Shown here piece by piece: positions 19,139 to 29,657 of a stretch of DNA of 64,000 nucleotides. A program made the position numbers and the translations under genes. Source of the DNA: a virus (lineage: Duplodnaviria > Caudoviricetes); IMG/VR virus record IMGVR_UViG_3300014208_000002, positions 64,001 through 128,000 of that record. One strand, written 5' to 3'. The notes under the pieces were generated by a model. That model saw only the letters and a program-made list of their open reading frames with translations. It searched no databases and had not been told where the DNA came from. Numbering within the stretch: the stretch's first letter is position 1; the number at the start of each line of letters is the position of its first letter.

Positions 19139-20962
19139 CTATTCAAACAGTAAAAAAGCATCCGATTTACCAGAGAATATTTTATTCCATTCTTCGTTCG
19201 ACAAAATATCTTTCTTCATAAGATTATTATTCAGATTTACCTTCCCGTCAAGTGCATTATCTTGAATAAGTTCCAAAGTTTCATCCATAAGAAGAACATA
19301 TTGTGTTACATCTTTAGTAGAAGTCGCCCTATGATTTCTTCCTATTGACTGAAGATATACTACTGCCGACCAATTCCTATCAAAATGAATCGCAATACTT
19401 GACTCAGGAATATTTACTCCTACACCTAAACAGAGCGGAGAAATTATTGCAAGATTACAATCTTTTGAAGTACGAAAGCGAGTTAGTTCATTATCTCTAT
19501 ACTCTGCTGAGGATAAATCCCCTGTATCCGTTTGTCCATGAATGACAATAGGAACATATTTTTTGTAGTATTCACCCAACAAATCTAAAGTAACAGGATG
19601 TGTACTCCAAATTATTATTTTCTCTCCCTTATGTTCAGCTAACAAATCGTTGACAATAGTTAGCTTTGGATTTTTATTTATCTTCCAATTATTTATTCGT
19701 GTTGTCAAGTCAAAAGACCAAGAAGCATCAAACTTTTCTTTAAGAATAGAGGGGTCACTACACGCCAAAGTAAGGTAGGGAAATTTATTCTTTACTTCCT
19801 TAAAAGTAATACTTCCTTTCTCCTCCTTTATTCGCACAAGTTCCCGAGTAATAACAGCTTGATAAATTTCAAGAAAATCCTTAGAAGGCTCTACATAAAT
19901 CTTTTTGATAATCAAATCGGGAAGATTAGGAAGACATTCTTTCTTGAATCTACGAATAAGAAAAGGCTTTAATTTATCTACAACTTTTTCTACTTCTTTA
20001 ATCTTAAAATAATTTATTGCATACGCAGAAAAACGGTTTCCTATGGAAGCTACCCGTTCCAAAAATTCATAGTAGTCGTCTCCCAGAACACTTTCATCAA
20101 GGAGATTCATCAGACTCCAAACTTCTGTAATATCATTAGGATATGGAGTTGCCGTAAGAATATATCTGTAATCAAAAAACTTCTTATGAAGATTTAGCGT
20201 TTTATATGTCCGGGAGCTATGATTTTTTGCTTTATGACCTTCATCAAGAATTAGACATCGGGAAGTTCCCCACTGTGAAAAATCTATAGGAGGTTTTCTA
20301 TAACCTTTTACACCCTTCTTTCCTCCAGCATCTTGATAGTAATAATCAGAACACAGTATAAAAGTATTATATGTCATTATAATTATTTTTTTATCATTCC
20401 ACTGTTCCATGATATTTCGGTTGTCTTTTATAATAATGAGAATATCTTCATCAGTGAAGTTTCCAAATATCTTTAATTCTCTTTTCCAATTATAGACAGT
20501 TTCAGAAACAGTAACTATTAAAATTTTATCAATTTGATTGTCGGCAAGATAATGACTAAAACCAACTATGGAAATCGGAGTTTTTCCCAAACCTACTTCG
20601 TGTCCACAGATAAGTCTATTTTGCGTTATGAATTTTTTTATATCCTCGGATTGAAAATCTCCAAGCGGAGTAAAATTACATAAGTTAGACCGATACGCCT
20701 TCCGAACAAACTTAGTTTCTTTTTCCCCATATTCATACTTCTTTAGTTTCTCCATAAGAGTATCATCAATTTCTAATGGTTCAATGTCATTTATATCATC
20801 AAGAATAGATAATAATTTTCCAGGAGTCGCTTCCCAAACTTTTCGTGTAATGTCAAAAGAAAAATGATGAAGTTTGAACATTCCTACAAAATTAGTAAAA
20901 TTATTTCCTGAGAATTTTATTTCCGCCTTTTTTGAATCATTATTAAAATCAATAGAGATCAT
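19139..20962 (-). CDS. SNF2-family helicase/annealing ATPase
   Basis: HEVGLGKT, ILDEGH, LTATP, RRFKK, QSIGRNHR; N-terminal HARP-like segment. Confidence 0.9.
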   Translation of the reverse strand: MISIDFNNDSKKAEIKFSGNNFTNFVGMFKLHHFSFDITRKVWEATPGKLLSILDDINDIEPLEIDDTLMEKLKKYEYGEKETKFVRKAYRSNLCNFTPLGDFQSEDIKKFITQNRLICGHEVGLGKTPISIVGFSHYLADNQIDKILIVTVSETVYNWKRELKIFGNFTDEDILIIIKDNRNIMEQWNDKKIIIMTYNTFILCSDYYYQDAGGKKGVKGYRKPPIDFSQWGTSRCLILDEGHKAKNHSSRTYKTLNLHKKFFDYRYILTATPYPNDITEVWSLMNLLDESVLGDDYYEFLERVASIGNRFSAYAINYFKIKEVEKVVDKLKPFLIRRFKKECLPNLPDLIIKKIYVEPSKDFLEIYQAVITRELVRIKEEKGSITFKEVKNKFPYLTLACSDPSILKEKFDASWSFDLTTRINNWKINKNPKLTIVNDLLAEHKGEKIIIWSTHPVTLDLLGEYYKKYVPIVIHGQTDTGDLSSAEYRDNELTRFRTSKDCNLAIISPLCLGVGVNIPESSIAIHFDRNWSAVVYLQSIGRNHRATSTKDVTQYVLLMDETLELIQDNALDGKVNLNNNLMKKDILSNEEWNKIFSGKSDAFLLFE

Positions 20963-21171
20963 TTTCCTGTCCACACTATTTTAGCGTCGTGACCTTTTCT
21001 TTCACTCTCTATATCTTTTATTATACACCTAAAAGTACTATTCAAAGAATAAAAGGGTCCACACTGACAAAAAGTTCCTCGTATATAAAAAAAGAATACC
21101 CCGTTAGATTCTTCTTTAATATAATATTTTTTTGACTCAGGCATACTTTCTAATTTTTCTTTTAAGCTCAT
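20959..21171 (-). CDS. hypothetical protein
   Basis: ORF overlapping neighbours. Confidence 0.55.
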   Translation of the reverse strand: MSLKEKLESMPESKKYYIKEESNGVFFFYIRGTFCQCGPFYSLNSTFRCIIKDIESERKGHDAKIVWTGK

Positions 21172-21389
21172 TATTGTACCTTCTTTCCTTCTTCTATATA
21201 ATCATAAAGAATATTATTTATAGCCATTCCTCCAGCTAAGTAGAGAGGAGTATAGGCTTCTGTACCATAACCCATAGTGTCATAAATAAGATAGCGAAAA
21301 GAGCCATGCTCCTTTGCATTTTTTATGAGACAGGATATAACCCATGCAGTTTGTTCTACAGTTGGTTTTGTAAAATTTCCTTCGGGCAT
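21171..21389 (-). CDS. hypothetical protein
   Basis: GAGG SD; downstream of promoter 21407-21435. Confidence 0.6.
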   Translation of the reverse strand: MPEGNFTKPTVEQTAWVISCLIKNAKEHGSFRYLIYDTMGYGTEAYTPLYLAGGMAINNILYDYIEEGKKVQ

Positions 21390-21406
21390 AGTTAACCTCT
21401 ATATTA

Positions 21407-21435
21407 AATATACCCGGAAAATTAAAGAAGCTCAA
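21407..21435 (-). promoter_or_regulatory. sigma70-type promoter
   Basis: TTGAGC-N17-TATATT. Confidence 0.5.
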
Positions 21436-21441
21436 TTCATT

Positions 21442-21798
21442 TTAATCTTCTTTTTGGGCGTCCTTTAATCCATTCCGTGCAATAGAGACAAGTTCATCAA
21501 TAAGCTCTCCCAAATCCTTTGCATTTTTATATCCATCGTGGTCAAACCCTATATCAATTATTAACTGTAGTGTATCTGCAAGAATATCTGTTCGTTTACT
21601 TCGTTGTATAGCTATATAATAGCCTTTATCATAATTTCTTTTTCGATCAATGCGAATAAGTTCTGCAATGTAATCGTCTTCTACAGCATCACACATAAGT
21701 TTTGCAATATAATCATTTTTAGGGCGTTCATGATTTTCATGAAGAATAAATTGGGCGAATTCCTCGGGGGAGTAGTCTTTTGAAAAATCAAACAGCAT
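21442..21798 (-). CDS. hypothetical protein
   Basis: ORF with GGAGG SD. Confidence 0.6.
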   Translation of the reverse strand: MLFDFSKDYSPEEFAQFILHENHERPKNDYIAKLMCDAVEDDYIAELIRIDRKRNYDKGYYIAIQRSKRTDILADTLQLIIDIGFDHDGYKNAKDLGELIDELVSIARNGLKDAQKED

Positions 21799-22000
21799 CT
21801 TTCACCTCCGTGAAAATAACATCTTCAAAATTATTTTTACGCTTATCCCGTGCGAAAGCGAGTCGCATATAAATAGTTTCATAGAAAGAATATAGCTTAT
21901 TTATATCAAGTTCCCCCCGTCCATTTAGCATTTGCTGAATAAGTCCTTGGTGAGGTTTTAATATATCTATAGCCATAGTTTCTGCGGGGGAAATTTCCAC
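21788..22000 (-). CDS. hypothetical protein
   Basis: ORF, GTG start. Confidence 0.5.
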   Translation of the reverse strand: MEISPAETMAIDILKPHQGLIQQMLNGRGELDINKLYSFYETIYMRLAFARDKRKNNFEDVIFTEVKDAV

Positions 22001-22184
22001 TCTCTGCTCCTTTTGTTTTAGTTTTTATTTCTTGTAACCAGAAGAATAATAATTAAAACTATAACAAAATAATTCATTCGTTTTCTTCCCAAGGAAAAGG
22101 ATCACATATTCCTTCTTCAACAAAAATATTTATAGTGAGGCAACAAAAAACAAGTACTCCTAGAAGAATTAAAAATATGTCCAT

Positions 22185-22556
22185 TTAGTTTTCTTCCTCC
22201 CATACTTCTACATCTATCCATGGTGGATTGTATACGCTTGAAAGATATTTTATATACCCATCTACCTTTTTTTCTATTCTTCGCTTTGCATTTTCAAGAC
22301 ACTGCTTAGGGTTATTTTCAAAATAAACATAATCTACTTCATACCCTGCTTCTATTAAATCACTGGTCAATTTATTTCTTACTTTTTCTTCACAGAAAAC
22401 TGGATGAGAAATCAAAATATTTTTATAATCATCGTTTTCTTTAACATTAAAAAATACATCATCAAACACAGCATCGAACTGACCCATAATTGTTTTTATG
22501 TAAGAAGATTTTCCCGAAGCGGGCAAACCTATAACAAGAGTAGCTTGCTTTTTCAT
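22185..22556 (-). CDS. small P-loop kinase-like protein
   Basis: Walker A IGLPASGKS; CLENAKRR lid-like motif. Confidence 0.7.
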   Translation of the reverse strand: MKKQATLVIGLPASGKSSYIKTIMGQFDAVFDDVFFNVKENDDYKNILISHPVFCEEKVRNKLTSDLIEAGYEVDYVYFENNPKQCLENAKRRIEKKVDGYIKYLSSVYNPPWIDVEVWEEEN

Positions 22557-23017
22557 ATAAGCCCCATTTTCGTCATAGAATTATACAAATCTTCCAGGAT
22601 ACAATATATAACTAATTTATTTGAACTATTTCCGTAATATTCATTTTGAGAATAAGTATCTCTTTTAGTTACTTCACTATAAATCATCTTATAGGGAAGA
22701 AAAGATATATTCGGACAAAATATCATCATAATCTTGTCGAAACAAGAATCATATTCAGTCGTTGCTTCTTGAACACCTTCTGGATTGGAATAAGATTGAC
22801 TATCGCCTTCATCTCTATCACCACTTCCCCATGAGCCTATTCCACGAGTTCCCCCAATACATGCCTCTCCAAAGAAACAATAGTCCTCTATATCTTTTTC
22901 TGATTTTTTATTTCCATGACAATAATTATAAGAATCAATTCTTGCCATCAAACGAATCTTTGAATAAAGGTCTATTCCACCATCCTTTATATTTCTTACA
23001 AAGTCTTCAAAGGTCAT
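22553..23017 (-). CDS. hypothetical protein
   Basis: ORF. Confidence 0.6.
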   Translation of the reverse strand: MTFEDFVRNIKDGGIDLYSKIRLMARIDSYNYCHGNKKSEKDIEDYCFFGEACIGGTRGIGSWGSGDRDEGDSQSYSNPEGVQEATTEYDSCFDKIMMIFCPNISFLPYKMIYSEVTKRDTYSQNEYYGNSSNKLVIYCILEDLYNSMTKMGLI

Positions 23018-23169
23018 ATTTTACCTCTTTTCCTTATATATGCGAATTCGAGGATCATAATTATCATGATTTATGAGGGATTTTTTTACTGTATCCTCAT
23101 CCATATCCGCCTCAAAAAATACTGTATCATAATACTTTCCATTTAGAAAGACTTCCCAGCCAATATGAC

Positions 23170-23400
23170 TCATATTGTATTTCCTCCCTCCACGCAATCC
23201 CAAAAAGCATCTTTAACCAATTTAACTTTGCTGTCCACATAGAATGGATCAGCATCCGTTCCGGCTACCTTATTATAAATATCAGGATAGAGCTTATTAA
23301 GAACAATCATAAGAGACTGACCAAAACGAAGCTGAGGATTTTCATTTTTATATTTATAGGCCCCGTTCAACACTTCTTCCCACATTCTGTAAGTTTCCAT
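23170..23400 (-). CDS. hypothetical protein
   Basis: ORF; LRFGQ...DPFY pattern common in phage proteins. Confidence 0.55.
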   Translation of the reverse strand: METYRMWEEVLNGAYKYKNENPQLRFGQSLMIVLNKLYPDIYNKVAGTDADPFYVDSKVKLVKDAFWDCVEGGNTI

Positions 23401-23401
23401 T

Positions 23402-23752
23402 TTAAGCCCTTTCCCTTACATATATTGAAAGAACTTCATCCCTTGTAGCAAAACAAATATAATCTTTCACCTCTTCAAGACTGAGAGGACAATCAGTCCC
23501 TTCCCCCATTGAATCATATCCGAGAAGCACGGCTTTTCCCGCAAGCCAATCTGTTGTTATTTCGGGGAGTCTAAAGAAACTTTCTATGTTTTTAAGAAGA
23601 CCTTCTTCATCAACATAGACTGCAAGACCGGGGGAGATTGAGCCGTTTTCAATATACCCATCAATAAAATAATGAAGCTCTTCTAAATCCCAAGACTTTT
23701 CTACTTCTTCTATCTTTTTTGTTTTAGGGTCAATAGTTATTGCTTTCATCAA
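23402..23752 (-). CDS. DUF3846-like protein
   Basis: IDGYIE, YVDEEGLLK, LAGKAVLLG. Confidence 0.7.
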   Translation of the reverse strand: MMKAITIDPKTKKIEEVEKSWDLEELHYFIDGYIENGSISPGLAVYVDEEGLLKNIESFFRLPEITTDWLAGKAVLLGYDSMGEGTDCPLSLEEVKDYICFATRDEVLSIYVRERA

Positions 23753-23770
23753 TTTCCCCTTTATATAAAA

Positions 23771-23799
23771 ATAATAGACTACTTCTCTTCCTTTGTCAA
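23771..23799 (-). promoter_or_regulatory. sigma70-type promoter
   Basis: TTGACA-N17-TATTAT. Confidence 0.75.
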
Positions 23800-24053
23800 G
23801 AAGAAAAATAGCCTACTTTTATAGAAAAAGAAATAGCAAGAATGACAAAATAAACAAAAGTGTCCTAATCCTTCAGGTAGGGGATTCTGTCCGATAATGA
23901 AGGATAAATACCGATCCAACCTGTTCAACTGCGAAGAATTCAAACTTCGGATTTGCCGCTACAAATTCATTTATTTCCTTTACGATTGACGGATAGGAAA
24001 TACTCCCGCTGACCAGTGTGTGAAAGAGCTTCAACTTTTCCATGTTCTCTCCT

Positions 24054-24347
24054 TTAGAGTAAAGTGACATTATCAAAAGAATAACTGGTAGTGCTTATTC
24101 CGTTTGGAAAATCTCCGACAAGAATAGTATTAGTATTCTCACAAGGAATAGTTTTATAGGTTCCTGAACCAGAATACCAAGGCGTTACAGGAATAGGATA
24201 GACTGGGTATGGTGTAATGGTTGTCTTTGGTGCAAACATTGTCTCCAGTTTAGCATATAATTCCCGTGCGGCTTTTTCAGTAAGAGTAAGGTACTTGTCT
24301 CCAATTTTAATTCCAACGATGACTTCAACTTCTGTTTTCTCTTCCAT
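24054..24347 (-). CDS. hypothetical protein
   Basis: ORF with GAGGAG SD. Confidence 0.55.
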   Translation of the reverse strand: MEEKTEVEVIVGIKIGDKYLTLTEKAARELYAKLETMFAPKTTITPYPVYPIPVTPWYSGSGTYKTIPCENTNTILVGDFPNGISTTSYSFDNVTLL

Positions 24348-24761
24348 AGCATTCTCCTCATCCGTAGATCGTTTCGGATATTTTTAGTTTCTTATAAATA
24401 CTCTTATCCACCTTAGAAAGAGCTTCATAAACCATTTGTAATTCTCGCATTTTTGATTCATTATTTGATTCTACTGGAGCAAAAATAATCTCCCAATTAT
24501 TAGTATCTTCTCGCAAGCCAATAATAAACTTTAAAGAAATCTCCATTCGTATTCTCCTTATTTAGATTTTTTCCCACAATATTTACAGACTAACTCACCC
24601 CAACCAGACTGATCCTTTTCAGAATCCGAAGCGGGAATATAGTCATGTCCAGAAATATAATTTCCAGTAACAGCTAAAGTAAGAAAACCTTCTTTTAGGT
24701 TTAGCCAAATACAATGAAATAGACAAAAAATAAAACCAAAAATCTTTTTCATGTTCTCTCC

Positions 24762-25073
24762 TTAATCATCAAATTCTATTGGAATAAAAACCTTTTTTAA
24801 GCGAATTGAGTTATTAGCTCCGGCATACATTATATAGTAAGTAGAATTTTCCGAGGGAGGCTTGTCTTTTAATGAAAATAGAAAGTTCTTACAAATTTCT
24901 CTCCACTCTTTTATCATTCGTCTTTGTCCCTCATGGGGAATAATGTTTTTAGATAAGAGAGTAACTATCTCTTTGATCCTTTTATAAGAGAAGTTCTTAA
25001 AATAATACTCATATTTTTGGGTGTCATTAAGTTCAAAGTCGTCATTACCTACTTCTAAAACATAATAATACAT
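24762..25073 (-). CDS. hypothetical protein
   Basis: ORF. Confidence 0.55.
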   Translation of the reverse strand: MYYYVLEVGNDDFELNDTQKYEYYFKNFSYKRIKEIVTLLSKNIIPHEGQRRMIKEWREICKNFLFSLKDKPPSENSTYYIMYAGANNSIRLKKVFIPIEFDD

Positions 25074-25084
25074 ATTTTATCTCC

Positions 25085-25285
25085 TTAATATATACTTCCT
25101 TCCTGCCCTGGCTCATTACTATTCGTACAGGGGAACTTATGATTAGTAGCATGGGGACATCGCTTAAACCCACAGGTCGAACAAACAACCATAATAGATA
25201 AACCATCAGGAAGTCCATGTTCTTTCCAAGGAGTTTCGTTCATTCTTTCTATTAAGCATTCTCTACAATTACAGTTTGAAAGCAT
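25085..25285 (-). CDS. small Zn-binding conserved phage protein
   Basis: CSTCGFKRCPHATNH...CTNSNEPGQ motif. Confidence 0.65.
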   Translation of the reverse strand: MLSNCNCRECLIERMNETPWKEHGLPDGLSIMVVCSTCGFKRCPHATNHKFPCTNSNEPGQEGSIY

Positions 25286-25583
25286 GTTAATCTCCTTCCA
25301 AAGGTGGGGTAATCCAGCAAAGACAAATAAAACCTAAGTTAATACTATTCTGCCACCCATCGTAGTATATAGAAGTATAACCTAATTTACAATCCCAAGC
25401 CCAAAAGAAGAATTTGAAACTATTGGCGTATTTAAGTCGGATTTTCATGTATATTTCCTATTATTATCTTGCTGTCTTCTCTTAGTCCTTTTTCAAAACA
25501 AACATAACAAATATATATTTTTTTGGCAGGATAGCATTCAAAAAATAAAACATCCTCATTTTCATAACTACAGAAAGTACACT

Positions 25584-25997
25584 TCATAATAGTTTATATT
25601 CTCCAGTAATCAAATCAATCTTTTCTGATTCATCTGGGCCGACTGCAATACAAGTGTAAGTTTTTACTCCACCAAATTCAGTTAGCCCGTTGTCTAAAAT
25701 AATAGCACAAGGAATATTTGCCGCATTGCATTTTTCTTCAATAGAGTGAAGTTCCTGTTCACCTTCGCAACCTACAACAATCTTGGTAAAACCGGGTTCG
25801 CCTTCTTTCCAATCAAGCCAAGTCATCATGGCAGGAGTGTACTCTGTTATAAATAATTGACTGCCTTCTGGCATAGTAGTACAAGATCGAGTCATCCTAT
25901 CAAAAAATACCTTCATAGAGGCGTGACTGCACTGACTTGCAATTTTGCCCTTACGCATATTCAAGTTTTTGCGAACTACAATTACTTGCTTAATCAT
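25584..25997 (-). CDS. pth2: peptidyl-tRNA hydrolase 2 (Pth2 family)
   Basis: KQVIVVRKNLNMRKGKIASQCSHA, KIVV, DNGLTE, TCIAVGP, ITGEYKLL. Confidence 0.93.
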   Translation of the reverse strand: MIKQVIVVRKNLNMRKGKIASQCSHASMKVFFDRMTRSCTTMPEGSQLFITEYTPAMMTWLDWKEGEPGFTKIVVGCEGEQELHSIEEKCNAANIPCAIILDNGLTEFGGVKTYTCIAVGPDESEKIDLITGEYKLL

Positions 25998-26281
25998 GCC
26001 TCTTCCCCGAATATTTCTTTTTGAAGAGCTTTATACAAGTCAAGCTCTAATTTATAGTTAGCCTTTTCCTTGTCTATTTTTATTATTTCCTTTATGTCAT
26101 CATAGATATCTTCAGAATCTACGCAAGCTATCCGCCCAATAAAGAAATCTCTTCGTGAATTATTATTCAATTCCCGTTCATAGGAACATATTTTAGTTTC
26201 CAAAAACCTTTTAATGTCCTCTATTCTTCTTTTTCTTAAAACCTCTAAACGAGCATCTATCATTTCAAATAGTTCTTCCAT
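25994..26281 (-). CDS. hypothetical protein
   Basis: ORF. Confidence 0.55.
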   Translation of the reverse strand: MEELFEMIDARLEVLRKRRIEDIKRFLETKICSYERELNNNSRRDFFIGRIACVDSEDIYDDIKEIIKIDKEKANYKLELDLYKALQKEIFGEEA

Positions 26282-26296
26282 GTTATTTCTCCTTAA

Positions 26297-26644
26297 TTAT
26301 ATCAGCTCTCTCTTGAAAAACCCTTCAGAAAGCTTCTCCATTACTGTTACATTTTCTCCATCACAGATAAAACCCTTAATACTTTTTTGAGGAAAAGCGT
26401 AAGCTAAAAACTCTTCTATGTTTTCTATAAAATATTTATTTCCAGTATCCATTCCCAAACCGGAAGATAAAAACTCTGAATAAGAAATAGGATCAGGTAT
26501 AATATACCCCAAATTATGAGCGGTTTCTCTAATAGCCTCTGTTAACCATTCTTTCCTAACTACAATAGTAAACCTCTTAATATGCGCTTGCTTTATCATT
26601 TCAAGAGTTTTGCCTGTACCAACTTTTCCAGTTATAATTTTCAT
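26297..26644 (-). CDS. P-loop-containing hypothetical protein
   Basis: N-terminal GKVGTGKT. Confidence 0.55.
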   Translation of the reverse strand: MKIITGKVGTGKTLEMIKQAHIKRFTIVVRKEWLTEAIRETAHNLGYIIPDPISYSEFLSSGLGMDTGNKYFIENIEEFLAYAFPQKSIKGFICDGENVTVMEKLSEGFFKRELI

Positions 26645-26645
26645 T

Positions 26646-26882
26646 CTAATCTCCTTTTTTGCATGGACACCACTCAGGAATTTTTATTCTAATTCCTTCA
26701 TTCCATCCTACAGAATTTCTAATTTCCTTACTATTCACTTTGCATGTCCAATCATATTCCATTTCAAAAGGATCAGGAGTATAGTGTCTTTGCGTATAAA
26801 GATTCGGACATTGTTCACAATTAAAAACTTCTATTACTATCTGTGACTTCTTAATTTTTTGAGTCATTACATTATCCTCCAA
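26646..26882 (-). CDS. hypothetical protein
   Basis: CEQCP...IPEWCP. Confidence 0.55.
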   Translation of the reverse strand: MEDNVMTQKIKKSQIVIEVFNCEQCPNLYTQRHYTPDPFEMEYDWTCKVNSKEIRNSVGWNEGIRIKIPEWCPCKKGD

Positions 26883-26969
26883 AATTCCTAATAATCACAT
26901 CTAAAACTAAAATTATTCCAACACAGCCCACGAGAACAAAATATAGTACGCTCTGCCATTTAGACATTT

Positions 26970-27311
26970 CTATTTCCTCTCATATAGAAAAACCAAATTG
27001 GCTTTTTTCGCTTCATTCCTCATAGAGTCTGTACCTCTACCTCCGGGAAGAAGAATAACCGCATCTGCATATTTAGCCATAACATGATTTCTGAAAGGAC
27101 CAGCTCTTTTTCCAAACTTATCCCAATCAGGTAAAAATTGTGTTATAGGAATTTCTAAACGATTTGCCAGCATTTCTCCAAATTCATCAGCCCCCTTTGC
27201 TCCTCCACTAACAACTTCTGTTACCTTATTTTTTATAAGTAATTCTTCTATGGCCTTATAGTCTTCTTCGGTTTGGATATAATCCCGCCCCCCAGCAATT
27301 ATAACTTTCAT
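26970..27311 (-). CDS. SLOG/DUF2493 (YspA-like) family protein
   Basis: IIAGGRD, VVSGGAKGAD, AGPFRNHVMA, GGRGTDSM. Confidence 0.88.
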   Translation of the reverse strand: MKVIIAGGRDYIQTEEDYKAIEELLIKNKVTEVVSGGAKGADEFGEMLANRLEIPITQFLPDWDKFGKRAGPFRNHVMAKYADAVILLPGGRGTDSMRNEAKKANLVFLYERK

Positions 27312-27312
27312 T

Positions 27313-27570
27313 TTAATCTTTTACTGACTCATACTTGCTGGCAAAAACATTTGCACGAAGAGAATAAAACTCTCCCCGTTCATCCTTAATTACATAGTCA
27401 CCCTTCTCCACTCGCATATTTCCTCGGAGAGCAGGAATAATCATAAACTCTCCATCCTGAGAAAAATCAAAATCACCTTCTTTTATCCAGTTATTAGGAA
27501 TTCCTGATTCAACCTCGCCCCCAGCAAACTGATAAGCCTCTACTGTTACTGCCTTCTTAATGTACTTCAT
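27313..27570 (-). CDS. conserved phage hypothetical protein
   Basis: KYIKKAVTVEAYQF...GDYVIKDERGEFY. Confidence 0.7.
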   Translation of the reverse strand: MKYIKKAVTVEAYQFAGGEVESGIPNNWIKEGDFDFSQDGEFMIIPALRGNMRVEKGDYVIKDERGEFYSLRANVFASKYESVKD

Positions 27571-27580
27571 ATATTTCTCC

Positions 27581-28678
27581 TTAATTCCCTATCTTTAAAT
27601 GTGCATACGCATCATTATGGGTACGATTCACTTTAATGAAAGTTGCCCGTTTATTCAAGTGCTTTAATCTTGTTGCCCCTACATAAGTAAGAGTTGAACG
27701 AAGCCCACCGAGGATTTCGTTTATAGTATCTTCAATTTTTCCCCTATATTCAATAAGAGAAGTAGCCCCCTCGCTTGCCTTATAAGTAGCTTTTCCACCA
27801 TAGTGTTTTTCCATTGCAGTATTTGAAGACATTCCATATACTTTTACTGATATACTATCTACATATTCTCCACTATAATTTTCTACAAGATTTTCTTTAT
27901 CTGTGTTTTCTTGGTGGGCCGCAAGCATAGAACCAAGCATTACAAACCCATCAGAGGATGCCAATGCTTTTGCCACATCTCCAGAGTTAGAGCATCCTCC
28001 ATCTGAAATTATCCAACCGCCTAAGCCTTTTACTGCATCGGCGCATTCCATATTTGAAGAAAGTTGTGGATACCCAATCCCTGTTACAACCCGAGTGCGA
28101 CATTGCTGTCCTCCACCAATTCCAACCTTTACAATATCCGCCCCTGCTTGAATTACTTGTTCTGCCATATTAGGAGTACAGACATTTCCCGCTATTATTC
28201 GTAAGTCAGGATATTGAGAACGAACCTTAATAATAAAATCAATAAAAGGCTGTGTATATCCATTAGGTACATCTATACAAACCCATTTTTGAAGTTTACT
28301 ATTTGCTTTATGAATAGCATGGACACCTAATAGTTTATCATAGTCAGTATCTTTAATTCCAAAAGTAGGAATAACATATTCAGGACTATACCAAGTAGAT
28401 TTAACAGCCTCTTCCCAATCAGCCGAACCATAAAACTTATGAATAGAAGTTAGCATCTTGTATTTAGACAGAATTTCAGCCGCCCCAAAAGTTCCAACAG
28501 TGTCCATATTAGAAGCAATTATAGGAACACCTGTCCAAGAATTTTTAGAATAAGGAAAAGAAAAAGTTCGTTCAAGACTTATTTCTTCCCTTGATTTTAT
28601 TTCAGTATCATGAGTTGCCCGCTGTGGAATAATCAAAACATCATTAAAATCTAACTTTACATCTTCTATTATTCGCAT
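27581..28678 (-). CDS. guaC: GMP reductase
   Basis: KLDFNDVLI, ASNMDTVG, KVGIGGGQQCRTRVVTGIGYPQLS, DGGC, YGMSS, YKASEG, LGGLRSTLTYVGA. Confidence 0.92.
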   Translation of the reverse strand: MRIIEDVKLDFNDVLIIPQRATHDTEIKSREEISLERTFSFPYSKNSWTGVPIIASNMDTVGTFGAAEILSKYKMLTSIHKFYGSADWEEAVKSTWYSPEYVIPTFGIKDTDYDKLLGVHAIHKANSKLQKWVCIDVPNGYTQPFIDFIIKVRSQYPDLRIIAGNVCTPNMAEQVIQAGADIVKVGIGGGQQCRTRVVTGIGYPQLSSNMECADAVKGLGGWIISDGGCSNSGDVAKALASSDGFVMLGSMLAAHQENTDKENLVENYSGEYVDSISVKVYGMSSNTAMEKHYGGKATYKASEGATSLIEYRGKIEDTINEILGGLRSTLTYVGATRLKHLNKRATFIKVNRTHNDAYAHLKIGN

Positions 28679-29016
28679 AGTTTGTCTCCATCATACCTGT
28701 CATAGTCATCTTCAATTCTTTCAATATCACTTTCATCACATTTTCCAAATTGAATTTCTAATATTCGTAGTGGCTTTGTTCCTGTATTAGATAAACGGTG
28801 GACTGATCCCTTTTTTATCCAAAAAATAAAACCAGTAATCCAAGCCCTATGCCATTTTTGTACAATAAAGCTCTTCTCAAATAGAACCCACAATTCACTT
28901 CTATGAAAATGTTTTTGTAAAGAAAATCTTTGCTGTGGATTCATTATAAGAATTTTTACTTTAATAAAATAGAGATTCAATAAAACATAAAATCTTCCCC
29001 ACGGTCTTGTTTCCAT
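28669..29016 (-). CDS. cupin, mannose-6-phosphate isomerase type II C-terminal-like
   Basis: RPWGRFYVL, SLQKHFHRSE, VHRLSN, EIQFG...DIERIEDDY. Confidence 0.85.
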   Translation of the reverse strand: METRPWGRFYVLLNLYFIKVKILIMNPQQRFSLQKHFHRSELWVLFEKSFIVQKWHRAWITGFIFWIKKGSVHRLSNTGTKPLRILEIQFGKCDESDIERIEDDYDRYDGDKLCE

Positions 29017-29021
29017 AAAAT

Positions 29022-29291
29022 TTATTCACCTTCTTCCATAAGTTGTTTTCTTAATTTTATTATTTGCTCGGCAAGAATAATATCAGTACCCGCAGAGAGA
29101 TTTTGTTCATGCCTAAGCATGATACCTTGCCCCTCATGAAATTCATAGTAACGAATAATTGTTTCTGAGGAATTAGACTCTATTTCATAATGATATGTAT
29201 CATCAAATCTTATTATACTCTTTACAGTTATTTCAGAAGCAACTGCCCAAGGAAACTCTTTCTTAACTTTTTCTCTAAGTTCTTTTTCCAT
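29022..29291 (-). CDS. hypothetical protein
   Basis: ORF. Confidence 0.5.
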   Translation of the reverse strand: MEKELREKVKKEFPWAVASEITVKSIIRFDDTYHYEIESNSSETIIRYYEFHEGQGIMLRHEQNLSAGTDIILAEQIIKLRKQLMEEGE

Positions 29292-29599
29292 TATATTTTC
29301 CTTTCTGCATAGATAACATCTGCTTGTTCAAAAGCAGGGGAAAGAATAAGAAGGTTATCTTTGAACTCATAATAGTAACCAAGCCCCGAGATGATAATTA
29401 AATTAGTCTCAGGAATTTTTTTCCAGATAAAAATGGAAGAGGAATCTTCATTTTTTAGGGTTATTGTTTCAGGGGAAAATTCCATGCTTGTGAAAATAGA
29501 TTTTGATTTAGGGAGGATATTATATACCCCCTCAAAATCCTGTGCTATTAGGCAAAACGCCAGAAGAAGAAAAATAGAAGCTAGGATTATCCGCCTCAT
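29291..29599 (-). CDS. exported hypothetical protein
   Basis: Signal peptide MRRIILASIFLLLAFCLIA. Confidence 0.6.
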   Translation of the reverse strand: MRRIILASIFLLLAFCLIAQDFEGVYNILPKSKSIFTSMEFSPETITLKNEDSSSIFIWKKIPETNLIIISGLGYYYEFKDNLLILSPAFEQADVIYAERKI

Positions 29600-29623
29600 T
29601 ATATTTACCCCTTTCTCCTTATA

Positions 29624-29652
29624 ATTATAGGGAGAAAAGGATGTAATGTCAA
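29624..29652 (-). promoter_or_regulatory. sigma70 consensus promoter
   Basis: Perfect TTGACA-N17-TATAAT. Confidence 0.85.
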
Positions 29653-29657
29653 GAAAA